32,000 nucleotides of DNA from Bacillota bacterium (lineage in GTDB: Bacteria; Bacillota; Desulfotomaculia; Desulfotomaculales; Desulfocucumaceae), in contig JBMOPC010000101.1 of the NCBI GenBank assembly GCA_049323915.1, forward strand, positions 1-32,000. Direction: 5' to 3'. The notes beneath the pieces were generated by a model. That model worked only from the letters and a program-made list of their open reading frames with translations, had not been told where the DNA came from and ran no database searches. Of the stretch, positions 17,148 through 27,010 are shown in pieces (position 1 is the stretch's first letter; each line of letters opens with the position of its first letter). Position numbers and translations under genes: made by a program.

Positions 17148-17177
17148 AATGCCCGGTACTCCGGGTATTATTTTTTC
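17148..17177 (+). terminator. Intrinsic terminator candidate
   Basis: CCCGG (17152-17156) pairs with CCGGG (17161-17165), followed by TATTATTTTTTCT. Confidence 0.55.
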
Positions 17178-17280
17178 TGTATAAACCCATAGCCGAGTGG
17201 ATTAAAAGCCCCTGACAATCCCGTCACAAACCCGCCGGCCGGCTTAGACCACAAAACCCCTTATTCAGTCCGGATGTTGC

Positions 17281-17562
17281 TCAAGCCCTCCCGAATATAA
17301 GCGACAGCCTCCTGACCACCAGCCTGACCAGATCGTCGAAAATGGTGTATATCACCGGTATCAAAATAAGGGTGACTATAGTTGAGAAGGTAAGCCCAAA
17401 GGCAACCACCACAGCCAGGGGCCCCTGCCCCTCTGAGCCCTCGCCGCTGCCGAAGGCCAGCGGCAGGAGCGCCAGCACCGTTGACAGGGTGGTCATCAGC
17501 ATGGGGCGTAGCCTGACCGGGCCGGCCCGGCGGATTGCCTCATCACGGCTTAACCCCCGCTT
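17281..17562 (-). pseudogene. 3' stump of an RND (AcrB/HAE1-type) efflux transporter gene
   Basis: [53 protein letters not shown]...[11 protein letters not shown] matches the TM11-TM12 end of AcrB-like pumps. Only 93 codons remain, against about 1000. The frame is closed by a stop at 17563-17565 and abuts AT-rich non-coding DNA. Confidence 0.75.
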
Positions 17563-17656
17563 TTAATACTATCATTTATAAATTATTAATCATTTAAACT
17601 ATTAGCTGTGTTAAATTTAATCCTATACGCCACCCATGTCAACAAATAATTTCGCC

Positions 17657-17684
17657 AAAAAAACAGGCCGCCTCACGGGCGGCC
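17657..17684 (-). terminator. Intrinsic terminator of the HIT gene
   Basis: On the minus strand GGCCGCC-cgtga-GGCGGCC is followed by TGTTTTTTT. Confidence 0.75.
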
Positions 17685-17695
17685 ACTTCACCGGC

Positions 17696-18187
17696 TTATT
17701 CTTCTTTTAGTTTTTCCAGTGCCCCGGTTAATTTTTTATAGGTTAAGTCAAGCCCCTCGGATATTACCCTCACATCTCCCAATACAGGCATGAAATTTGT
17801 GTCGCCTCCCCAGCGGGGAACAATGTGTATGTGAAAATGGCCGGGAACCCCGGCGCCCGCTATTTTGCCCAGGTTTACGCCTATGTTGAATCCCTCCGGG
17901 CTAAAGGCGGCCCTTAAAAGCCGTGTCATTTTCTGGGTCACCAGTCCCAGCTCCAGTATTTCATCCTGATCAAGGTCGGTTATGTCCCCCACATGCCTTT
18001 TAGGCGCTATTAGTATATGCCCGTTGTTGTATGGGTACAGGTTCAACAGCGCAAATGTTTTTACACCACGATAAATTACATAGTTTTCGGCATCCCTGTC
18101 AGATTCAAGCTTCTCGCAAAAAATGCACACGCTGCCGTGATCCTTGCCGATGTATACAGTCCGCCACGGTGCCCAAATCCTCTCCAT
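17696..18187 (-). CDS. HIT (histidine triad) family nucleotide hydrolase/phosphorylase
   Basis: The histidine triad is GHFHIHIVPRW. The N-terminus MERIWAPWR...C.FC is typical of the Ap4A-phosphorylase/GalT-like HIT branch. Confidence 0.85.
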   Translation of the reverse strand: MERIWAPWRTVYIGKDHGSVCIFCEKLESDRDAENYVIYRGVKTFALLNLYPYNNGHILIAPKRHVGDITDLDQDEILELGLVTQKMTRLLRAAFSPEGFNIGVNLGKIAGAGVPGHFHIHIVPRWGGDTNFMPVLGDVRVISEGLDLTYKKLTGALEKLKEE

Positions 18188-18276
18188 ATTATATCTTTCT
18201 CCCCCGCTGTTTTTTTATATGAAAGCTTCTACAAATAATATGCCAAATCCTTCATAAAAAAAAACCATCTACCCCA

Positions 18277-19608
18277 CTATTTCCTCACAGGATTGGGCAC
18301 AATCCCGGGCTGGAAGGAGCTTACAGCAAACTCCTGAGGAAGGGCATGGCCGCCGCCGTACAGTGGAGGAGCGGTTAGCTCGGTATAAGCGGGTATACCG
18401 TGCTCGTTCATGTCCAGCCCCTCGGCCTCCTCCTCGGGCGATACCCTTATACCCATCAGATTCTTAAGAATTACAAAAATAACAAAAGTAGCACCAAATG
18501 CCCACAGGGAAACCGAAAGAACCCCCAGCGCCTGAACCCCCAGAAGTTTCAGGCCTCCGCCGTACAAGAGGCCGCCCTTTTCAGCAAAAAGCCCCACCGC
18601 CAGGGCCCCCCACGTTCCGCATGCCCCGTGAACGGCGATGGCGCCCACCGGATCGTCCGCCTTGATCCTGTCAAAAAATCCCACCGCCAAAACCACCAGC
18701 ACCCCGGCCACAACACCTATTGTCACGGCGCCCACCGGAGAGACATAGGCGCAGCCGGCTGTGACCGCCGCCAGTCCGGCCAGTGCCCCGTTCATGGCCA
18801 TGCTGGGGTCCGGCTTGCCCCACCTCAATTTGGTGAAAATGGCGCCGGCAGTGCCCCCGGCCGCTGCGGCCAGGTTTGTGGTCACGGCTATGCGGGCGAT
18901 ATTCATATCCAGCCCCGAAAGGGAACTGCCCGGGTTGAAGCCGAACCAGCCGAACCACAGTATGAAAGTCCCCAGGAAAGCAAGGTGCATGTTGTGGGCG
19001 GGCAGTACATTCACGCTCCCGTCCTCGTTGTATTTACCCAGACGCGGCCCCAGCACCAGCACCGCCGCCAGCGCGCTCCACCCGCCAACGGCGTGAACCG
19101 CCGCCGAACCGGCAAAGTCAAGCATACCCAGATTAGCCAGCCAGCCTCCGGACCCCCACACCCAGTGACCCGATACAGGATAGACCACGCCGGTGATCAA
19201 TACTGTAAATATCATGTAGGATGAAAATTTCATCCTCTCGGCCACCGCCCCTGAAATTATGGACGCCACAGCCATGGCGAAGGCGGCCTGGAAAATCCAG
19301 TAGGCGTAAATGGGCACCCTGATGTTTATATGGTCAGTGCCTCCTTCAAGGAAAAAGCCGCTGGTGCCTATGATCCCCGCGCTGTCCAGCCCGAACATGA
19401 TACCGAACCCAATGGCCCAGTAGGCCAACATGCCCAGGGTACAGTCGGTGAACACCTTCATCACGATATTAAGTGAATTTTTGGCCCGTACAAAACCGGC
19501 CTCCAAAAAAGCAAATCCGCCCTCCATAATGAAAACCAGGGCCGCGCATAGCAAAACCCAGATAGTGTCTACACCTCCGGCAAGATTATCAATACTCAAG
19601 GATTCCAT
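18277..19608 (-). CDS. amt: Ammonium transporter (Amt family)
   Basis: DTIWVLLCAALVFIMEGGFAFLEAGFVRAKN, FAGSAAVHAVGGW and IAVHGACGTWGAL are Amt signatures. GGAGG lies 9 nt upstream. Confidence 0.92.
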   Translation of the reverse strand: MESLSIDNLAGGVDTIWVLLCAALVFIMEGGFAFLEAGFVRAKNSLNIVMKVFTDCTLGMLAYWAIGFGIMFGLDSAGIIGTSGFFLEGGTDHINIRVPIYAYWIFQAAFAMAVASIISGAVAERMKFSSYMIFTVLITGVVYPVSGHWVWGSGGWLANLGMLDFAGSAAVHAVGGWSALAAVLVLGPRLGKYNEDGSVNVLPAHNMHLAFLGTFILWFGWFGFNPGSSLSGLDMNIARIAVTTNLAAAAGGTAGAIFTKLRWGKPDPSMAMNGALAGLAAVTAGCAYVSPVGAVTIGVVAGVLVVLAVGFFDRIKADDPVGAIAVHGACGTWGALAVGLFAEKGGLLYGGGLKLLGVQALGVLSVSLWAFGATFVIFVILKNLMGIRVSPEEEAEGLDMNEHGIPAYTELTAPPLYGGGHALPQEFAVSSFQPGIVPNPVRK

Positions 19609-19787
19609 ACAAATTCGCCTCCGTAAAATAATAAACGCTCCACAGGCCTGTATTCAGGCCGGGAGCTTCTTTGCTCAGCACAAATGGTATAAACCCGCAC
19701 AGTTAAGGACTTTAACCCCCACGGCGGAACAAAGCCCCACCCTCTCCCGCATCGGAGATATAAGGGGTAATTTGTGTGCGGTTATTT

Positions 19788-20129
<342 letters not shown>

Positions 20130-20150
20130 TTACCCCCGTTTTCGAAGAAC

Positions 20151-20229
20151 AAAAGGGGCTTCGCCCCTTCGGACGGCATAGACGTCCTACCCCTACTAAA
20201 GCAAGGGGGCGCACCCCCTTGGAACCCCC
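20151..20229. repeat. Copy B of the approximately 80-nt three-hairpin repeat element
   Basis: Hairpins are AAGGGGC(ttc)GCCCCTT, GGACG(gcataga)CGTCC and CAAGGGGG(cgca)CCCCCTTG. See copy A at 11147-11229. Confidence 0.7.
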
Positions 20230-20397
20230 GGGTATAGGAAATTATCCACAGAATTCCTCTGGAGCATAATCTCCTATATTTTAAAAAGCCCTAAGCCGCA
20301 TGCACGGCGCAGGACTTCGTCGGCCTACCGATACCTCACTGTATCGCAATATAGTTTATTGTTCAATTATAACCCTTCCGCCAGCGCTGATCAACCT

Positions 20398-21531
20398 TTA
20401 AATTGCACCTTTGTAGATCCGGGGTACCCGGCCGCTTACCAGGCAGACCACCTCGTAATTGATTGTGCCCATCCACCGGGCCACTTCCTCCACGGGCAAA
20501 ATGCGGCCGCCCTGCCTCCCGAACAGCACCACCTCTTCACCGGGGGAAACTCCTTCAATAGTGCCCACATCAATCATGCACTGGTCCATGCACACCCTTC
20601 CCACCACCGGAGCTCGTCTGCCCCTTACCAAGACCTGTCCTTTGGAGGAAAGCAGCCTGGAATAGCCGTCGGCGTAGCCCACCGGAAGTGTGGCAATAAC
20701 AGTGGGACCGGGAGTGACATAGGTACAGCCGTAACTTATGCAGGTGCCGGCGGGGACATTTTTAACCTGGGCGACCGTTGTCTTGAAAGTCATCACCGGC
20801 TTAAGATCAACCCTGCCCCTGTCCACCTCCTCGGATGGATAAAGCCCGTAAAGGGAGATCCCCGCCCTGACAAGGTTCATGGCGCTTTCCGGCATTTCCG
20901 CTATGGCCGCGCTGTTGGCGCAATGCCTCAGCTCAAACTCCAGCCCCTCCCGGCCAAGCGCCTCCAGCAGGCTTACGAAGGCTTCAAGCTGAAAAAGGGC
21001 ATATGATTTATCGGTAGCATCGGCGCTGGCAAAGTGAGTGAATATTCCTATGGCCTCAAGGTTTGGCTGTGAGGCTATTTTTTTAATCTGATCAACGGCC
21101 CCTTCGGACCCGGCCAGGACCCCCAGCCTTCCCATGCCGGTGTCCACCTTTATGTGAACGGGAATTCTCACTCCCAGCCTGCCGGCCAGATCATTTACCA
21201 TCCCGGCATACTCAACACCATATACGCACTGTTCCAGCTTATATTCGGCGACCTCGGAAATTGCCTCCGGCGGGGTATAGCCCATAACCAGAATAGGATC
21301 GGCAATGCCCGCCTCACGGATCTCGGCTCCCTCGGAAGATCTGGCCACGGCAAGCCGGCTGGCCCCGCCTGACAGCGCCGCCCTGGATACCTGAACAGCC
21401 CCGTGCCCGTATCCGTTGGCTTTGACCACGGCCATAACACCGGCCCCGGGATCCGTCACTCTCCGTATTTCACTCAGGTTATGTGCCAGTGCGTCAAGGT
21501 CTATCTCAGCCCAGGTGGGCGTTTTTGTCAT
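20398..21531 (-). CDS. alr: Alanine racemase
   Basis: [14 protein letters not shown]...[13 protein letters not shown] (PLP-lysine motif) and ...YGLYP... are present. GAGGTG lies 6 nt upstream of ATG 21531. Confidence 0.9.
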   Translation of the reverse strand: MTKTPTWAEIDLDALAHNLSEIRRVTDPGAGVMAVVKANGYGHGAVQVSRAALSGGASRLAVARSSEGAEIREAGIADPILVMGYTPPEAISEVAEYKLEQCVYGVEYAGMVNDLAGRLGVRIPVHIKVDTGMGRLGVLAGSEGAVDQIKKIASQPNLEAIGIFTHFASADATDKSYALFQLEAFVSLLEALGREGLEFELRHCANSAAIAEMPESAMNLVRAGISLYGLYPSEEVDRGRVDLKPVMTFKTTVAQVKNVPAGTCISYGCTYVTPGPTVIATLPVGYADGYSRLLSSKGQVLVRGRRAPVVGRVCMDQCMIDVGTIEGVSPGEEVVLFGRQGGRILPVEEVARWMGTINYEVVCLVSGRVPRIYKGAI

Positions 21532-21584
21532 ACCAAACACCTCGTACTTGAAAGTAGAATACAGAAGTCAGAATCTTACAGATC

Positions 21585-23144
21585 CTACGTCTCGAAATCT
21601 TCCAAAGATCTGATAACCCCCGGCAGCGCCCGCAGTATGTCCCCGGCGATGAGTCCCATCATTCCCTTTTCCACTGCAGCACTGTCACCTGCCAGCCCGT
21701 GCATAAAAACACCGGCCGCCGCAGCCCTGGCTGACTCCATTCCCTGGGCCATCAGACCGGCGATAACGCCTGTGAGCACATCCCCGCTGCCCCCGGTTGC
21801 CATACCGGGGTTGCCCGACGGGTTTATATAAACAGTGCCGTCGGGGCAGGCCACCAGCGACCGTGCGCCCTTAAGCACCAGCACCGCCCCCCATTTTGAC
21901 GACCACCACCTGGCCAGATTTAGCCTGTCCTGCTGTACCGCCCCGGAGGAAAGGCCGGTGAGCCGCCCCATTTCACCGGGATGGGGTGTTAATACAGCTG
22001 GAGCCTTTACCTTTTTCAAAATACCGGTCTGACCGGACAGGGCGTTGAGTCCGTCGGCATCCAGAACAAATGGGATTGTAGATATAGAAACAATCTCCCT
22101 GACCGCCTCCTGTGTTTCGGCGTTTCCTGAAATACCGGGTCCAAGGGCCATAACGTCGGCCCTGTCCAGCATGGCCCTGATAACAGGCACGGCTTTCCGG
22201 GACAGCGTTCCCTCACTGGTATCCGGAGCCGGCACCACCATAACCTCGGTCAGTCCGGCCGCCACGGGATTATATACCGCCTCCGGGACCACAAGCGTCA
22301 CCAGTCCCGCCCCGGACCTTGCCGCCGCCCCGGAGGCAAGGCAGGCCGCACCGGCCATCCCCCTGGACCCGGCGATGACCAGAACCCTGCCGTAATCGCC
22401 CTTGTGGGAGGAGTTTGGCCGGAACGGAAGCCAGCTTTTTACCAACTGCCTGTCAAGAAGGTTGTTTTTGAGCTGATCGTCGTCCAGCAGAGACAGTGGC
22501 AGGGAAATGTCGGCCACCCGCAATTCCCCGGCATAACCCGCCCCCGGCTCAAGCAAAAGCCCTATCTTGGGCAGACCGAAGGTAACCGTAAGGTTTGCCC
22601 TTACGCAGGGGCCGTTTACATTACCGGTGTCCACCTCAAGCCCCGAAGGAACATCCACCGCTATTACGGTTTTCCGGCTGGCGTTTATGGCTTCAATTAT
22701 TCGTCCCGCGCAGTCGCTGACTTTACCTTTAAAGCCCGTCCCGTATATAGCGTCAATAACTACGTCGGTCCTGACAAGAAAAAGTCTTACGGCGTTGAAA
22801 TCATCCTTCTGCGTTACCGTATATACCTTCTGTCCCATCTTCTTCCATATGGAAAGATTGATGGCGGCATCACCGGTTATTTTTTCCGGGCTCTCCAGCA
22901 ATAAAACATTTACATCCGCTCCCATGTTGAACAGATGCCTTGCCACTACAAGCCCGTCCCCCCCGTTATTTCCCTTTCCGGCAAATATGGTCACAGTCTT
23001 GCCCTGGACATCGCCCGCCTTTTCCAGCACCGCCTCCACAGTCCGCCGGCCGGCGTTTTCCATGAGTACAATTCCCGGTATGCCAAACCCGGTAATGGCC
23101 TTGTAGTCTATCTCCCTCATCTCCTGAGCGGTTACGGCTTTCAT
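21585..23144 (-). CDS. nnr: Bifunctional NAD(P)H-hydrate repair enzyme (epimerase + ADP-dependent dehydratase, YjeF/Nnr)
   Basis: N-terminal YjeF_N reads MREIDYKAI..GIP...LMENAG...GKGNNGGDG. The C-terminal carbohydrate-kinase part reads HKGDYGRVLVIAGS...GGSGDVL.G. Confidence 0.9.
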   Translation of the reverse strand: MKAVTAQEMREIDYKAITGFGIPGIVLMENAGRRTVEAVLEKAGDVQGKTVTIFAGKGNNGGDGLVVARHLFNMGADVNVLLLESPEKITGDAAINLSIWKKMGQKVYTVTQKDDFNAVRLFLVRTDVVIDAIYGTGFKGKVSDCAGRIIEAINASRKTVIAVDVPSGLEVDTGNVNGPCVRANLTVTFGLPKIGLLLEPGAGYAGELRVADISLPLSLLDDDQLKNNLLDRQLVKSWLPFRPNSSHKGDYGRVLVIAGSRGMAGAACLASGAAARSGAGLVTLVVPEAVYNPVAAGLTEVMVVPAPDTSEGTLSRKAVPVIRAMLDRADVMALGPGISGNAETQEAVREIVSISTIPFVLDADGLNALSGQTGILKKVKAPAVLTPHPGEMGRLTGLSSGAVQQDRLNLARWWSSKWGAVLVLKGARSLVACPDGTVYINPSGNPGMATGGSGDVLTGVIAGLMAQGMESARAAAAGVFMHGLAGDSAAVEKGMMGLIAGDILRALPGVIRSLEDFET

Positions 23145-23536
23145 AATATAAGGCCTCCCTCCTTCACAGCAAGGGCGAAGGCCAAAGCCGCGCCCCGGTC
23201 ATGACTGATGCTTACCATCACCCGGGAAATCCCCCTGCCCTCTGCGTACATGCGGGCGTTTCCGGCCAGCAGCGCCTCCGGGGCCGAAGACCCGGTCCTG
23301 GTAATTTCCACATCAGTCCACCTACAACCGGCAAGGCCGGTTCCCAACGATTTAAGCACCGCTTCCTTGGCGGCGAACCTTGCCGCAAGGCATGGGTATG
23401 GATTTACCCTGGCCAGGCAGTAATCCAGCTCCGACCTGGTAAATACCCTTTTTAAAAACCTTTCGCCCTTTTTTTCTATAATTCTTTTGATTCGATCTAT
23501 ATCAACGATGTCCGTTCCAATACCATCCAGCCGCAT
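23141..23536 (-). CDS. acpS: Holo-[acyl-carrier-protein] synthase
   Basis: GIGTDIVDIDRI...RVFT..E......ARFAAKEA..KSLGTG....W.D.E is the AcpS pattern. Its stop overlaps the nnr start (ATGA). Confidence 0.9.
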   Translation of the reverse strand: MRLDGIGTDIVDIDRIKRIIEKKGERFLKRVFTRSELDYCLARVNPYPCLAARFAAKEAVLKSLGTGLAGCRWTDVEITRTGSSAPEALLAGNARMYAEGRGISRVMVSISHDRGAALAFALAVKEGGLIL

Positions 23537-23590
23537 GGCCGCCTCCGCATGATTCCAATTTCAGGGTCGATTGCATGATAATTCTCCGTC

Positions 23591-23622
23591 AAAAAGAAAA
23601 AACCTGCCCAGGGCAGATTTTT
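23591..23622. terminator. Bidirectional hairpin terminator
   Basis: CTGCC (23604-23608) pairs with GGCAG (23612-23616). An A-run and a T-run flank the stem. Confidence 0.65.
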
Positions 23623-23636
23623 ACAAAGGCATGATA

Positions 23637-24002
23637 TTAAATGCCGGATTCTTTGTCGGGATTATTAAACCTTCCGGTAAGCTTGAAGTTAACCCATTCG
23701 TGAAAGGGGACCCCAGAGCTGGAAAAAAAGAACGCCTCCTCCGCCTTTTCCCTGTCCTTATCCTTTAAAAAATCCCGTACAGCCTTTAATGTAACTTCAA
23801 AAAGCTCCTTTTCCACCAGGTTGTCCTCCATCAGCAGCACCCGCAGGGCAATATTCTCCTCCTCAAGTATTTTCAGACGGCTGAAAAGCTCAATAAACAT
23901 AAGCCTGGTAAAATCCTCATCAATCTCCCGGTCGATATCCGCCAGCAAAGCCAGAATTTTAGAATCACTCAACATATCCCATACCACTTTCAAATCGGTC
24001 AC
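23637..24002 (-). CDS. Hypothetical acidic, helix-rich protein (121 aa)
   Basis: A clean ORF with its own terminator. No recognisable motif. Confidence 0.6.
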   Translation of the reverse strand: MTDLKVVWDMLSDSKILALLADIDREIDEDFTRLMFIELFSRLKILEEENIALRVLLMEDNLVEKELFEVTLKAVRDFLKDKDREKAEEAFFFSSSGVPFHEWVNFKLTGRFNNPDKESGI

Positions 24003-24087
24003 CCCGGCCTTCTCTCTTGAATTGTTTGGGCGGCTGGGAATATTCTGGACAAATGAACAGAGCTTTTATACATAAGCTGCTTTAAAT

Positions 24088-24127
24088 AAAAAAATAGCCG
24101 GCGCCTGCCTAAAACAGCGCCGGGCTT
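24088..24127 (-). terminator. Intrinsic terminator of the two-component operon
   Basis: On the minus strand GCCCGGCGC...GCGCCGGC is followed by TATTTTTTT. Confidence 0.7.
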
Positions 24128-24146
24128 TTGACAACCAATAATTAAA

Positions 24147-24932
24147 TTAAAAACCAAGTATTTTTCTCAGCTTTTTTGCCTGGGCACGGCTGACTGGAAC
24201 CTCGCTGTTTTCCTTGTCTTCCACCACCAGGTTGTAAGTTCCGTTAAAGAAGGGAACAATCTCCTTCACCTTGTGCAGGTTAACCAGGTAACAGCGGTGA
24301 GTCCTGAAGAAAATAGAGGTGTTTAGCCTGGCCTCCAGCTCCTTTAATGTAAACCTGGTAAAAAGTTTGTCCGAGAACGTTTTGATATAGATGTAATCCT
24401 GCTCGGTAAAGGCGTAGTAAATATCCGACTCGGCCACCAGCACCGTCTTGCCCTGTTTCTCGGCCGGTATCCTGTCGATTTTTATCTGTCCCTGCTGGGA
24501 AGAAACCGGCCGGCTTTCCATCTCGTGCGGTTCCGGCCCAAGCGGAGGATCTGCGGAGAACCCCTCCTGGGTAATCTTTATCACCTTGTCTATTGCCTTT
24601 TTCAATCTGCCCGGCTCAACCGGCTTCAACAGGTAATCCACGGCGTTTACCTCAAAAGCCTGAACCGCATATTCTTCGTAAGCCGTAACGAATATAACAT
24701 GAGGCTGCCTGGGAAGCTCCTGTATGGCAGCCCCCAGTTCCAGCCCCGTCATTCCCGGCATCGATACGTCTAAAAACAGCACCTGGTAATCCAGTGCCTT
24801 TATTAATGCCAGGGCCTCCTGGGCGTTGGTGGCTTCACCAACAATCTCGATATTATCAAAACTGCTCAACGCAAACCGCAATTCCTGCCTTGCCGGATAT
24901 TCATCGTCAACAATCAACGCCTTGAGCTTCAT
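24147..24932 (-). CDS. LytTR/AlgR-family response regulator
   Basis: The receiver domain reads LIVDDEYPARQEL...FLDVSMPGMTGLEL. The C-terminal LytTR fold reads ...FFRTHRCYLVNL..V.E. The gene starts directly after the kinase stop. Confidence 0.9.
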   Translation of the reverse strand: MKLKALIVDDEYPARQELRFALSSFDNIEIVGEATNAQEALALIKALDYQVLFLDVSMPGMTGLELGAAIQELPRQPHVIFVTAYEEYAVQAFEVNAVDYLLKPVEPGRLKKAIDKVIKITQEGFSADPPLGPEPHEMESRPVSSQQGQIKIDRIPAEKQGKTVLVAESDIYYAFTEQDYIYIKTFSDKLFTRFTLKELEARLNTSIFFRTHRCYLVNLHKVKEIVPFFNGTYNLVVEDKENSEVPVSRAQAKKLRKILGF

Positions 24933-26234
24933 TTATCTTCCCTCCCCGTCGGCTGGTTTACAAATTAAGGGTATCCTGATAAATATTGATGTCCCCTCAC
25001 CGGGAGTACTGTCTATCTGCAAGCCGTACTCCTCACCAAACAGTCCCTTAAGCCTTTCGTGCACATTGGAGAGCCCCACACCGTTGCCCGACCCATAGCC
25101 CGGCTTGAGTATCAGGGGCATCTTTTCAGGTTGAATACCAACCCCGTCATCCATTATTTCAAAAATAATTTCCTCTTCCTCTTCCAGATACGCCCTGATC
25201 CAAACGGTGCCCTGCCCCTGCTTTGGCTGGACCCCGTGCTTTACCGCGTTTTCCACCAGGGGCTGGATGGTGAGAACCGGAACCTGGTAGTCATAAAGTC
25301 TTTCATCAATATCGCGAATAATTCTCAGTTTATCATGAAAACGGGCTTTTTCAAGTATTAAATAGGTATTTAAATACTCAATCTCTTCCTTGATTGAGTT
25401 GAAATGACCGTGCCGTCTCAAGGCATACCGGAAGAAGGAGGCCAGCCTGATAAGAAGTCTCCTTGCGGTTTCCGGCTTTGTACGGCTGAACATAATAATG
25501 GTGTTCAGGGTATTAAACAGGAAATGGGGGTTTATCTGAGCCTGCAGCGCGTCAAGCTCGGCCTTGGTAACCAGCCTGGCCTGCCGGTCCAGCTCGGCCA
25601 GTTCCATCTGCAGTCCCAGTATCTGGGCCACGCCCTCCACCAGTTTAACGTCGGCGGGACTTACATCTCCCTGCTTTACCTGATACAGCTTCACTGTCCC
25701 CACAACCTTCCCCTTGCATTTAAGGGGGGCGATAACGGCCGATTCGAGGGGGCAGTTATCAACCGGGCAAATAAGTCCGTAACGGTTTTTAACCACCATT
25801 AGCTCACCGGTGCTGATAACCATCTTTGTGGCATCGGTCATAATGGGGCCACCCGGCTTATGATGATCCGATCCTATACCGATGTAGGCCAGAACCTTTT
25901 CCCGGTCGGTTATTGCCACAGCCGCCACATCCGCTATGGTCTTAATTATTTCCACCGTCTTGCCAGCGGTGTCCTCGTTTAAACCCCTGCGTAAAAAAGG
26001 CAAAGTCTCATTGGCAATGCGAAGTGTGGGATCCAGAGGGTGATCCTCCAGGGTGCACATTTTGCCAGCCTTTTGCAAATACCTGATTAGATATAATGTT
26101 GTGACACAGCCGGTTCCCAGCAAAACAACGCCGGCCGCCCACCCGGGAACAGCCGGAAGGAAAAAGAGCACAAAAGCCGCCAGGTTAAAGGGAAGCCACC
26201 TGATAGCAAATTCTTTGAATAAAACAGCATCCAC
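24933..26234 (-). CDS. LytS/YehU-type sensor histidine kinase (2 TM + GAF + His_kinase + HATPase)
   Basis: The phosphoacceptor region is QAQINPHFLFNTLN. The ATPase region is QPLVENAVKHG...DDGVGI...G.GVGLSNV. The N-terminal membrane module is short. GGTGG abuts the ATG, so the start is slightly uncertain. Confidence 0.85.
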   Translation of the reverse strand: MDAVLFKEFAIRWLPFNLAAFVLFFLPAVPGWAAGVVLLGTGCVTTLYLIRYLQKAGKMCTLEDHPLDPTLRIANETLPFLRRGLNEDTAGKTVEIIKTIADVAAVAITDREKVLAYIGIGSDHHKPGGPIMTDATKMVISTGELMVVKNRYGLICPVDNCPLESAVIAPLKCKGKVVGTVKLYQVKQGDVSPADVKLVEGVAQILGLQMELAELDRQARLVTKAELDALQAQINPHFLFNTLNTIIMFSRTKPETARRLLIRLASFFRYALRRHGHFNSIKEEIEYLNTYLILEKARFHDKLRIIRDIDERLYDYQVPVLTIQPLVENAVKHGVQPKQGQGTVWIRAYLEEEEEIIFEIMDDGVGIQPEKMPLILKPGYGSGNGVGLSNVHERLKGLFGEEYGLQIDSTPGEGTSIFIRIPLICKPADGEGR

Positions 26235-26708
26235 CTTTTTCTACACCCCAATACGTTATTGAAGATCGGATACCTCAAAATTCAGAATAATATTACACAT
26301 ACAATTCGACAAACCGGATTCTATTCCTCCCAACGGTAGAATTAAAAAACCCAAACGTCAAAAATAAACTGCCAGCGGTGACCCCGTGGCGGAAAAATCA
26401 CCCGGCTCGGGGCACTGATTATACAGCTTAGCATATTAACCTCCGCCGAAAATATGCCAGATCCTAATCTGATCAATCAGTCAATTGATTTTATCAAATT
26501 GCAATAAAGATTGCCACAAGCATGGAAATCAACAGGGCAACGCTTGTGAACGATAATACTAGCCACATTGGGTATGCGGAAAATAAATTGATATAAATAC
26601 CAATTTCGCAATCTGAGACCCGTATATCGGTAAATTAAAAGATTGTGGTATTTATCACAAGCTGATACTATAAATATAAATAACATATTTCACGAAGGGG
26701 TTGGGAGC

Positions 26709-26948
26709 ATGGCAGAAATCTACTATTTCGACTGTCTTAAATATTCATACAAACTGGTTGAAACCACATGCAACTGCCTGCTTCTGGTGGGCTCCCGAAA
26801 AGCCGTAACGGCCAGAAGGAGAATACTTATCAAGGCGGGGATGAATCCTGCCAGCCTGATTGTGGTAAAAACCAGCAGGGAGCAAAAAGAGGAATACCGC
26901 AAGTCAAAGAATTCATCGATATTCATGACGCTGGAAAACTGGAAATAA
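26709..26948 (+). CDS. Small hypothetical protein (79 aa)
   Basis: MAEIYYFDCLKYSYKL... An AAGGGG/GGGAG SD region lies upstream, and a very clean terminator follows. Confidence 0.5.
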   Translation: MAEIYYFDCLKYSYKLVETTCNCLLLVGSRKAVTARRRILIKAGMNPASLIVVKTSREQKEEYRKSKNSSIFMTLENWK

Positions 26949-26955
26949 TAAGAAC

Positions 26956-26980
26956 AAAATCGCCACCCGGCGATTTTTTT
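26956..26980 (+). terminator. Intrinsic terminator
   Basis: AAAATCGCC-accc-GGCGATTTT is followed by further T residues. Confidence 0.8.
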
Positions 26981-27010
26981 GCATATCCCAGATATTTTGG
27001 TCCGGACATC

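Noticed and set aside
20190-20215. A sigma-54-like GG...TTGC pattern inside repeat copy B on the minus strand.
   Set aside because: The GG-to-GC spacing is off by one and most consensus positions of TGGCAC-N5-TTGC mismatch. The same sequence also occurs in copy A, away from any nitrogen gene.
26477-26686. A 69-aa ORF on the minus strand in the AT-rich spacer upstream of the kinase operon.
   Set aside because: It has no SD, its composition is implausible (rich in Ile, Tyr, Asn and Cys, driven by AT content), and it overlaps promoter-like sequence.
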